From assembly GCA_045837725.1 (NCBI GenBank), contig JBEWZL010000098.1, positions 1 through 64,000 on the forward strand: a stretch of 64,000 bases of DNA. Reading direction: 5' to 3'. The notes under the pieces were generated by a model. That model was not told where the DNA came from and did not search any database. It saw only the letters and a program-made list of their open reading frames with translations. This document shows, one piece after another, positions 26,839 to 36,598 of the stretch. The stretch is from Vermamoeba vermiformis (Eukaryota). Every line of letters starts with the position of its first letter. Position 1 is the first letter of the stretch. The translations under genes were made by a program, and so were the position numbers.

Positions 26839-29639
26839 ATGGGAAAGAACGTTATATTCGCCTTTCTGGCGTTCGCTGTTTTGATCGTGTGCATCCAAGG
26901 TAACTTTGTGATCCTTAAATGCACTTGAATCAATCAATTATAATTAAATGCTTTTTATCATAGAAATTTATTTATTAGGATATTATACTGTGCTATAGAT
27001 AATATCAACGACGGATCTGAAAATATTTTGGATCTTTTTACCTTTCTCACATTTAGCAATATTATACATTAGTTAATATAATACTAATCTATTACTATTT
27101 TTTAGCACGCAGTTTTAATGCTAAACAAGCACCTCGATGCCGTTTCGCGAACGACTTCACTCAAGATCAATTATTGCACTCCAGTGACGCGCGACAAAAG
27201 TAAGATTATAATCATTTGCATAATATATCTTATTAAAGTCAAGAAATATAATTGTTATTCAAAAATATTGTGGCCTAACAGATCAAATTTTTGACAGATT
27301 TGTTGAAGCGATTATGTATTGGGAAGGACAGTTCCATCAACCGTATGTCGGTTACAATCCCGTATTCGGATTGACTTACGACGGTATCGCTATTAACTAC
27401 ACTACTGGTACGTCTTTTTAACTGATCGTTTCAATTTTCATTGTAATTTTCTTCCAAGCCAAAAAATCTTATTCCAAACAATATCTTAATACTATGAAAT
27501 ATAAATATGGTCCTAATATCTTATTTAAGGCGGTCCTATTCAATCTGGCTTGCACTTTTGGACTGCAGCTTCAAAAGAGTCCGTTCATTTGATGCTTTTA
27601 GCGCAAGTAATCAACGGCAACAAACTCGCCAACGTAAGGCTATATAATTATATATAATTAAGACGAATCAAAATTTTATCAAATCGGATCTGCGATCCGT
27701 GCTCTCGTGTACATTTTGAGGGTCTTATAATAACTCGTTTAATTATAGATTTTCATCAATCCTTCTGACCCCAGCAACGCGTTCAACAAAGCAGTTGAAT
27801 TGTTGACGACGAAGATGGCTGGACTCGAGTACTTCAATCGAAAGTACCCTGGATACGGAGGTAAATTTATTTACTAGCAATAATATATAAGGAGCTGCAT
27901 ATCATATGGCAATAAGTGCCATAGTATAATACACCATTTTATAATAGTTTAGAAGTAACTTGGGGTTTTGAGTTTTGTTTTTTGTTTCTGATCTGGATGT
28001 AGGTTATCTTCCATGGATCTACCTCAATGACACTGATATTATCCCCGCTAATGGCTGGTGGAACTCAGTTCCCGCCCTCGACAACGGAGAAATGATGTGG
28101 GGAATCTACGCCGTGTATCACGTGCTCGACAAAAGTGCCAACAACTACCGCACTCAAAACAACATGGAAATGTACGAGAAACTTTCTGATTTGGCTGCTC
28201 GTTACAAGAAGTGGTGGGATCTTATGGCTAAAGTAAGTACCTAGCTTTGTTAATATAATCCTAGTCCTTAGCATTTTTTCACGGTTGTCAACAATTGGTA
28301 CAAGATATAATTTGGACTCGTTGATGACACGTGTCAAAGTGTCATTTGGATACGAAGGCCGCCGCTACATTCATATAAAATAAGGGTGCTAATGTTGTTT
28401 CTAGACTGGTCAAATGATCTTCTACGCTGGTTACGGCTGGGTTCGTGACGTTGCCACAATTAAAGACATCACTGTCCAACCTTATCCTGGTAAGTCTTTC
28501 ACTCAATTTCACGGCATTATTCTCAGTTAAATATTGCGCTTGTCGATAGTTGCCTTCGAGCACGTGTTACGATTATGCTAACTTTCCTTTTTAGGTAACT
28601 ACGGTACTGCCGGTGGTTTCTTGGATGACCCCTATGAAGGCGAGTTGTTCGCATTCTTCCTCGACATGTACACTGAATGGGCTAAGCCGTCTGACCGTGA
28701 ATTCTTGTGGTTGGTCAAGCGGGCTAAATTGCAACGTGCCGAGTACCCTTCGAGCCAAGGACCCATCTCTGTTCAACGTGGCTGGTGGTTCTCTTCGCAC
28801 GAGCAATGGAAGTACCTCGAATTGCCTTACTTGAGCGTCCCTATTAACAAGAGGTAAGTTCTCAATACTGGCGATTAAAATATTAACTGATGCGTGGTCG
28901 TAGAGTGTTCATGAACGGCGAAAGAGCACGTGTCTGGAACTCCAACCAAAAGAACATTCCTGGTTTGTTCGCGTCAGTCACAAACGTCTCTAAGAACAAC
29001 AACGACAACACTGGTTACATATCCGCTATTGGTGTTCCTGAGATTGCTTGGCAACCCGTCGACTACCAACACGTGAGTACCAGTCAAATTACGCCTCATT
29101 TGCACGATATGATGACTAATAAGATATTCTATTCCAGATGGTTACTCCTTACGGTGCCTTCCCAGTCATTTTGGCTAATGAATCGATTGGTTTGGCTTGG
29201 TACCACAATATGCTGAAGGGTGCCAAGATGCAAGGTCAGTGCGATGACATTTGGACAGTGTCACGTCACATTTTTTGACACTTTATAGGTCCTCTTGGCT
29301 CTACTGAAGGTATTAACAATATTGGCACTGAAATTGCACCTGTCACTACTTGGGACACCAAGATCACAACTGTTGCAACCCTCGTAAGTTACACAGGACC
29401 TGTCTCCGCGCTGACATCAGTACACGTACTAACGATATGATGAATATAAGGTGGGCGGCATTGCTGACATTATTGAAGAACGTTTGAAGATTGACGGTAC
29501 TTACCAACGATTCTACGATGTTGTGAACCGAGAGTGGAGCCGCGTGTTCAAAGATCCGCTCAACGGCGAGAACTTACCTTTCGTGCCTCCTACTACTGCT
29601 GTTCCTCAAAAAATGGAGGATTTTACTGCTTGCAATTAA
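26839..29639 (+). CDS. Secreted endo-beta-1,2-glucanase-like protein (GH162, fungal SGL type); many exons
   Basis: Signal peptide MGKNVIFAFLAFAVLIVC; CRFAN..TQ; WEGQFHQ; TYDG; AASKES; PGYGG.LPW; VPALDNGE; DDPYEGELF; GWWFSSHEQWK; TWDHKITT match recalled GH162 motifs. Confidence 0.8.
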
Positions 29640-29749
29640 CGAGTGCAACTTTTGCCAAAATTGGAACGTAGAAAAAAGTAGGAAATTCGAATAAAGTTGA
29701 CAAATTTTTCCTTATTGCCGGTACATAATTTCACCAAGAAAGGAGCAGC

Positions 29750-30560
29750 ATGGGAAATTCGTAAGTTTGATAAATACAATAATTATCTAATAGTATTATT
29801 TAGCCAGGCTCGAAATTTTGATTTGCAAAGAGAAGGATTTTTCAGCGCCTTACCTGAAGATATTTTGATCTTACTGATAGACACCTTATCTACACATGAT
29901 TTTGTGCAACTAATTATTACATGTAAATACTATTACCACGATTTGCTTGGCGGCGTAAGTCAAATCTGTAATTGATGAATTTGAAATTTAATTTAACGGC
30001 CTTATTAGAATAACGCACTTTGGGCTAGAGTTTGCCGGTCATTAGGAGGAGCGGACACAATATTAAACGAGCTTAAACAAGTTCGTGAAGGACCTAATCC
30101 GCAATTGCATGATCTCGATCTGACAGACAAGCGTGTACTGGCCTCGATCGACTTTAAGAAAGAACTTGTTGCATATTGCGTACTATTAGTCAATAATCAA
30201 CGCCTGAAAAGAAAGCTCGATGGATTTTTCAGCGAACTCGAAAGTCCCAAAGTCGTTATCAAAGTTCATCCTTATCGATGGACTTTTTTCTCTCAATATT
30301 GGACAAGAGCTGATTTAAAAAACAACAAATATCCGAGAGATTACTATTACGAAGTGGATTTGACTTACGATCCACTCTCGGTTGAAGAAATTTTTGAGGA
30401 GCCACGAGAACTCCCTCATGAAATAGGGGGTCGATTAATTGTTTACAAGAAGTCTCGGCGAAAGGCACTTAAATATGGAGCATTGCTTCTGAAAATTCAA
30501 TTAGATGCAGACGCAAAGGAAATTCAGCGAGTGCTGGATGGTATGTCAACGCAAGAGTAA
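29750..30560 (+). CDS. F-box-like protein with predicted N-myristoylation start; 3 exons
   Basis: Spliced start MGNSQARN; FSALPEDILILLIDTLSTHDFVQLIITCK fits the F-box consensus. Confidence 0.65.
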
Positions 30561-30589
30561 GAATTGTAGAATATCCGTCGGAATAATAA

Positions 30590-32382
30590 CTTCCCCACCC
30601 CGGACCTCCACCCCGGACCTCCACCCCGGTCTTAAAAATTCATCATTTATTTATATATATTATAGTGATTCTATATCAAACAACTGGCAACAAGGCCTTG
30701 GATAGTGCCTTTGTCCACTCTCCTAGAGTAAAATGGTTAACTCCCTCTTGGGAGTTGTACAGGACCATCGCATTGATAACAGCAATGTGTAGCAGAGCAT
30801 CAAACAGAACACCTTTGATGGTGTGGGCTCGATGAGGCATATCAAAAGTATAGAACCTCCGGTCAAATAAGTCTATGTAGTTGAAATGTGCCTTATAAGC
30901 ATCAGATAGAGGGCATCGAGTGAGTGTCTGGTTCATCAGGTTCACTTTTCTGTAAGCGGTGCTGGTACATGAGTGTACTGATGTGTCGTGAAACACGCTG
31001 GCAAGCACTCCAGTGGTATCATTGTAGAACTGTCGCCATGTATTTGGAAGCAGACCTGTCTTGGCCCACTCCCAAAAGTTCTTGTCTCGATTTGAATGAG
31101 CACCTAATGTATAAAAATGGCCTGTTGAGTTGATGTACTCTTTGACTCCAGCACTGTCGAACCAAGAATCCATCACAAAATTAATCTTGTGAGGGACATT
31201 AATGGGAGAAACCAACTTCTCTACTATCTGTTGGGTTGTCCAGTCTACAAAGTCTTCAGTCTTTGGAACTACACGCACAACAAAGGGAGTGTTGCATGGA
31301 AGTTTGACACCAGCACCCCAAAGAATGACACCTTTTGAGTGGGGCTTTCGAGGGACAACTGAAACTGCAGGGCTATCAAGGCTTGATTCAGCAATTATCT
31401 CATCAATAGAGACATGGGACCCTATGTTCACAGCAGCAGTGAAAGAGTCACTCAATAGCTGGGCAAGGTTGTATGGGTCGATGGAACCCCGTGCTGTGTG
31501 AAGGCCTTCATAGACATCGTGGTTCCGGAGGACTTGAAGTGCATTGAAATTGGCTCTTATTGAAGGTGCAGGTGCTGCTATGAGGTTGAGATGGAATCCT
31601 ATGTAGAACCAACCAGTATTGTGTATTGCAGCAGGCTGAAGCACTTGAAAGTTATGTTGAATGTTTGCACGTGCTGCACTGATCCACGCGTCATGAATGG
31701 CATCGGTCCAAAGAATGCGAAAGCACTGAAGTGGTGATAGTGGGTTGACAGTGTTTAGAGTGACCTTAGATATCACTTCCATCTCTCGGAATCGAATAGG
31801 GCACTTATCGAGCTGTGTCCAACCCTCAGCTTTGAGCTGATCCGCAATAGTCGCTCTAATAGGAAATTTCATAAGTAGCCGTTACAACTGAATCAAGAAC
31901 GGAGCAGGCCTAATATAATGTTACTTACACTGTCTTTAATCGTTTCTGCTTTTTGGATAATTTGCGCGTGCGTTTTCGCTTTCGTGGGTTTGATTTTTTC
32001 TCCGGAGCCTAAATCCAGCAACCAAAAAATTAAATTCTGCTTTCTAATTCAAAGACGAACAAAAAAGTACCAGTCTTCCGGTCAAATATCTCTATTACTT
32101 ACATTTGTATTGTTTTCCATTGCTGGTGTGGTGTTAATGGCTCGTGGGTTGTTAAAAATAAACGGAAAACCGAAATTTTTGGATCGGGTAAATTTTTTTG
32201 AATTTTGGCGCGTAAATTATTAAATCGTTATCAATACCAACTCTTTAATTATCAATATAATATAATCCATTAATATTAATATAATTAAAATTAATCAGCC
32301 CTTTACCTAAATTAATACGCTTTTAATCGTTAATTAATTAGTCCGGGGCGGAGGTCCGGGGTGGAGGTCTGGGGTGGGGAAG
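30590..32382 (-). mobile_element. piggyBac-superfamily DNA transposon, 1793 bp, 43-bp TIRs, 4-bp TSD ATAA
   Basis: TIRs 30590-30632 and 32340-32382 (40/43 match; CTTCCCCACCCC start; internal CCACCCCGGACCT repeats); ATAA at 30586-30589 and 32383-32386. Confidence 0.9.
30676..32120 (-). CDS. piggyBac-like DDD transposase; predicted exons 32120-32103, 32008-31929, 31855-30676
   Basis: SIDE, PRKPHSKG, MDSWF, YIDLFD correspond to the piggyBac D-D-D core; the upstream exons splice in frame and add an NLS-like basic tract. Confidence 0.85.
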
Positions 32383-32539
32383 ATAACGGTAAGTTGTGTT
32401 TATTGATATAAGAGTAAAGCGTACAATAAATAACGATACAAAGTGTTTTTATCTCGCGAGATTATCGCGAGATTTCAGGCGATATGTCGCCTAGCGCGAA
32501 CTCTTTTCGCGCGTGGTGTTACATTCCTCCCCCCATCTT

Positions 32540-35500
32540 TTAAAGACGCGACGCTCCGTTGTCGCGAATGACTTCAGAAATAAATTTCTTCAATTCTTCG
32601 GCATTGTCCGTTGCTTTGATTTGCTTGTCGTACTGTTGTTCTAATCTGCTGGAGGAAATGAAAGGCGATCCTTTGCCGAGCAATTGAAGAACCAATTTCT
32701 TGTTGGAGGAAAAATTCGGTTCTGACAAGCTGTCTTTGATTCTTGTTAAATCTTTGAGAAGAGTTGGCTCTCGTGTTTTCTTCTTGCGCACAATCTCGCT
32801 GGTAGGCGGCTCAGCTGATTGCAATATCTCTTTGTTATCCACATGAGACTCGTGGTTCTGTTGAGAGTCGGTAGAAGAGCTCTCTCCGTTGTTGTTAATT
32901 CTAGTTGGTGTGTGTCGTAGTTGACTGACGTTGACTCGTCTAACATCGCGTTTGTTTTCTAAATGTTGAATGTCACAGACTAAACCTTTCACATGTGTGA
33001 CTTTGAAAGGCCCTTCGTTCTTGTACGAAAGTTTTGATCCAACTATCAAATCCAAATAAACTTTGTCTCCAACCTTAATGCTTTCTTTGATCCTTATGCG
33101 ATCGTATTGCTTCTTTTGACGTTGTTTTGCTAATAGATTGTTGTCGCGTACATCGCTGTAGGTTATGTTCAACTTACGCAACAAGTCGCGTGCATACTCG
33201 TCAATGTCTGGTTGTGACTCATCCACTCTTTCGAATTGATCTAAGTTACTGGGCATTCGTGCTTGTCGCCCATATAACAAGAAGAACGGAGAGTACTTAG
33301 TAGAGTGATGCACTGCAATGCGATAAGCAAATAGGACATAATTGATATAGTCGTCCCAGTCATCTTCAAACTCGTTGACATAATGAGTCAGCATGGTAGC
33401 AAGCGTGTGGTTGAACTTTTCTGTTAAGCCATCCGTCTGTGGATGGTAGGCTGTTGTGCGCACCTTCTTTGAATTCAACACACGGTAGATGTCTTGAGCC
33501 AGTGCTGACGAGAAGTTGCTTCCTTGATCAGTGAGGATACGACGAGGAGCACCATGTCGGCATATAACTTCTTCAACTAATTTCTTTGCAATCTCCATTG
33601 TTGATTGATCTGGAAGTGCGAACGCTTCAACCCACTTAGTGAAGTAGTCGACAATGACGATAATGTAGCGATTGCCATTGCGTGTAGGGTTGAAGGGGCC
33701 TAATATGTCCATTCCTATTGTTTCGAATGGTGCGGAAGAGTGTATGGGTTGTAGTAGCCCAGTTAACTTTGTTCGCTTACGACGGATGCACTGCTCGCAG
33801 GTCGAGACCCAAGTAGCGATGTCTTGAAGCATATGATCCCAGAAATAGCGTTCACGGATTCGTTCATATGTCTTGAAGAAACCAAGGTGTCCAGCAATGC
33901 TTGAGTCGTGATGCTCTTCAATAACTTTGGCGTATAAAGTCAACGGAACGACAAGTTGAGATCTTGGTTCGCTGTTACGACGGCCTTGAGGATACCAGAT
34001 TCTAAATAGCAGTCCATCGATCACTGACAGTTCGCGACATGCCTTGATAATGTCTTGTCGCAGAAGTTCATCAGGTGGAAGAGTCTTCTTTGTCAAGTAT
34101 TCAATGTAGCTACGCAGCATTGGATCTCGCATTTGCTCATCACGGAAGTCACTGATTGTGCTGACCATATTGACAACTTCTCCAGTAAGTCGTGAGAGGG
34201 CATCGCTGTTGGCGTGCTGTTTACCAGGACGATAAGAGACGTCGTAATCAAACTCTTGTAGCTGTAAACTCCAACGAGCCAAGCGCTGTGAATTGTCTCC
34301 GACTGTCTTCAACCATCGAAGGCTGTGATGGTCCACCACTACTTCAAATCGACGACCAATTAGGTAGTAGCGGAAGTTCTTGACGGCGTCAACTATTGCC
34401 AGGCATTCTCGTTCCGTAGTAGAATAGTTTCGTTCAGCAGCGTTTAGGGTTCGAGAGAAGTAACAGATTACCACCTCTTTGCCATCTTGAACTTGAGAGA
34501 GCACCGCACCAATGCCGTGATTTGATGCATCTGTGAACAGTACGAAGGGCAGATTGAAGTCAGGGAACGCCAGTATAGGTGCTTCTGTTAGTCTCCTCTT
34601 CAACTCGTCAACTGCTTGTTGCTGTGGAGTGTCCCATTGCCACTCTCCTTCTTTACGCAGTAGCTTATTTAAGGGTTCGGCAATTGTGGCGTAATTCTTA
34701 ATGAACTTTCTGTAATACCCAGTGAGGCCAGTGAATATTCTCACTTCATGAGCATTGCGTGGCGCTGGCATGTCCTTGATCTTGTTCACCTTCTCTGGGT
34801 CTGTTGCAACTCCTGCTGAAGACACGACATGTCCAAGGAATTGAATCTCCTCGCAGAACAATTTACATTTTGATGGCTTGAGAGTGATGTTGGCAGCTCG
34901 AAGGGCGTCAAGTACTAGGGTCAAATTGTCGAGATGCTCGTCGAAACTGCGACCAAATACGATGATATCATCCATATAGACCAGGCAATTCTTCCATAGG
35001 AGGCCTGAAAGGACGACATCCATCAAACGTTGAAATGTAGCAGGTGCATTACACAGCCCAATGGGCATCCTATTGAACTCGAATAGCCCAAAGGGACTAG
35101 TGAACGCAGTCTTTGCACGGTCCTCTGGTCGGATAGATATTTGCCAGAAGCCACTGTCAGCATCGAATGTAGAGAAGAAGATATTGCCAGAGAGTTTGGC
35201 CAAGATGTCATCGATACGGGGCAGTGGGTAGACGTCCTTCTGAGTGATCGCATTGAGTTTGCGATAATCCACACAGAACCGTAGCGTGCCATCTTTCTTC
35301 TTCACCAAGACAATAGGAGCTGACATGGGCGACTTCGAGGGACTAATGATTCCTAGATTCAGCATACGGTCTATCTCGCCTTGCACCACCTTCAAATGAG
35401 CCTCTGGTATTCGATATCCGTGTGCTTTCGGTGTAGTGTCGGTTGTGAGATCGATCCGGTGTTCAGCTGCATTGGTGTTGCCTAACACTTGACTGAATCT

Positions 35501-36598
35501 GTCTCGATTGCGCCACACTAATAGCTTGATTTCATGCAATTGGGCTGCACTCAGCTTAGTGTTCGTGAATTTGAAGCGCGCATCAACCCATTCCTCATCC
35601 ATAGGACTGTCATCTACGGAGTTGACTTCGTCAGAGGTCTGGATGAGTTCATAAGTCTCTAAGTGAGCGATGCGCCGTAATGGAGGGATGATGACCTCTC
35701 GCTCACTAGCATTGATGATACGGATTGGAACATTCCCGTTCTTGATGCTAACTACAGCTAGAGCCAATTGTACTCCATACTGGTGGTAAAAGTTGGTTGC
35801 TGGCACAACTAGAGCAGAGCGATAGTGCACAGGTGTTGGTAGCAAGAACAGTGTCTCTGATCGCGCAGGTATACTAAGGTGGCCATGTGTGATAACTGGC
35901 ACTCGAGCAGTATCCTCGGAGGGGTCGACCGGTAAGTCACTGATTGAATAGCCAGTAACAGAGTTGATAAATTCACGTTGCTCTGCGCGCAGCTCTCTGC
36001 GCCTCTGTCGCGTTGACTTGGGCTTTGTGCGCTTACGCTTCAAGGGTAGCTGTGGGTAGTCAGGGGTTGACTCGTGGAACCACACATTCTCAGAGCCAAA
36101 GTCCATGCACGGCTTTGTCAACCTGATGAAGTCCATGCCCAACACTACGAGGTGATTGATCTCTGGAGACAGGGCAAACTTCACGTCATAGCTGAGGCCA
36201 TTTGCAAACCTGATAGGTAGAATAGCAGTACCTTCAATCTTGAGTTTGCTGTCGTTGATGGCAGAAGCCTGACGTGGCTGTAGGTTGACTCGAATGTCCT
36301 GCTTCTGGTCAAGTAGGCGTTTGACAAGTCGTGATGAGATTAGATTGCACGAGGCTCCAGTGTCCAACAAAGCTTGGATCTGTCTGTTGAACAGCTGAAT
36401 AGGCGCATAGAGCACTGTCTTAGTGTCTAATTTGATGGGTTCAACCACCCCAGATGGCCTGGTTTCTGTGGGTGGGTCAGTCCTCGAGATTGACGCTGGC
36501 ACCACTGACGAGATGTCAGCGACATTATTGACTAGGTCCTGCCCTGGTAGGGAAGTCGGAGGTGGAGAGCAGGAGCCACTCCGACTTAGGCGTTTTCC
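32540..36598 (-). CDS. pol: Retrotransposon Pol (protease, RT, RNase H, integrase), probably expressed by -1 frameshift
   Basis: LLDTGAS; RFCVDYRKLN; YMDDI; TDAS; HH-CC and D,D(35)E integrase; GPF motif; the frame is open from about 36601. Confidence 0.95.
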   Translation of the reverse strand, partial: GKRLSRSGSCSPPPTSLPGQDLVNNVADISSVVPASISRTDPPTETRPSGVVEPIKLDTKTVLYAPIQLFNRQIQALLDTGASCNLISSRLVKRLLDQKQDIRVNLQPRQASAINDSKLKIEGTAILPIRFANGLSYDVKFALSPEINHLVVLGMDFIRLTKPCMDFGSENVWFHESTPDYPQLPLKRKRTKPKSTRQRRRELRAEQREFINSVTGYSISDLPVDPSEDTARVPVITHGHLSIPARSETLFLLPTPVHYRSALVVPATNFYHQYGVQLALAVVSIKNGNVPIRIINASEREVIIPPLRRIAHLETYELIQTSDEVNSVDDSPMDEEWVDARFKFTNTKLSAAQLHEIKLLVWRNRDRFSQVLGNTNAAEHRIDLTTDTTPKAHGYRIPEAHLKVVQGEIDRMLNLGIISPSKSPMSAPIVLVKKKDGTLRFCVDYRKLNAITQKDVYPLPRIDDILAKLSGNIFFSTFDADSGFWQISIRPEDRAKTAFTSPFGLFEFNRMPIGLCNAPATFQRLMDVVLSGLLWKNCLVYMDDIIVFGRSFDEHLDNLTLVLDALRAANITLKPSKCKLFCEEIQFLGHVVSSAGVATDPEKVNKIKDMPAPRNAHEVRIFTGLTGYYRKFIKNYATIAEPLNKLLRKEGEWQWDTPQQQAVDELKRRLTEAPILAFPDFNLPFVLFTDASNHGIGAVLSQVQDGKEVVICYFSRTLNAAERNYSTTERECLAIVDAVKNFRYYLIGRRFEVVVDHHSLRWLKTVGDNSQRLARWSLQLQEFDYDVSYRPGKQHANSDALSRLTGEVVNMVSTISDFRDEQMRDPMLRSYIEYLTKKTLPPDELLRQDIIKACRELSVIDGLLFRIWYPQGRRNSEPRSQLVVPLTLYAKVIEEHHDSSIAGHLGFFKTYERIRERYFWDHMLQDIATWVSTCEQCIRRKRTKLTGLLQPIHSSAPFETIGMDILGPFNPTRNGNRYIIVIVDYFTKWVEAFALPDQSTMEIAKKLVEEVICRHGAPRRILTDQGSNFSSALAQDIYRVLNSKKVRTTAYHPQTDGLTEKFNHTLATMLTHYVNEFEDDWDDYINYVLFAYRIAVHHSTKYSPFFLLYGRQARMPSNLDQFERVDESQPDIDEYARDLLRKLNITYSDVRDNNLLAKQRQKKQYDRIRIKESIKVGDKVYLDLIVGSKLSYKNEGPFKVTHVKGLVCDIQHLENKRDVRRVNVSQLRHTPTRINNNGESSSTDSQQNHESHVDNKEILQSAEPPTSEIVRKKKTREPTLLKDLTRIKDSLSEPNFSSNKKLVLQLLGKGSPFISSSRLEQQYDKQIKATDNAEELKKFISEVIRDNGASRL
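36537..36598 (-). promoter_or_regulatory. -1 programmed ribosomal frameshift signal (G_GAA_AAC plus H-type pseudoknot)
   Basis: Heptamer 36598-36592; 5-nt spacer; stem 1 AGTCGGAG/CTCCGACT; stem 2 TCCTGCTCT/AGGGCAGGA; pol is in the -1 frame. Confidence 0.75.

Larger units (their letters stand above)
30565..32523 (-). repeat. 3' LTR, split by a DNA transposon (30565-30589 plus 32387-32523)
   Basis: Removing 30590-32382 and one ATAA copy restores the 5' LTR sequence. Confidence 0.95.

Noticed and set aside
30594-30632. 13-bp tandem repeats that could suggest CRISPR or telomeric repeats
   Set aside because: No spacers; they are internal to the transposon TIRs and mirrored at 32340-32382
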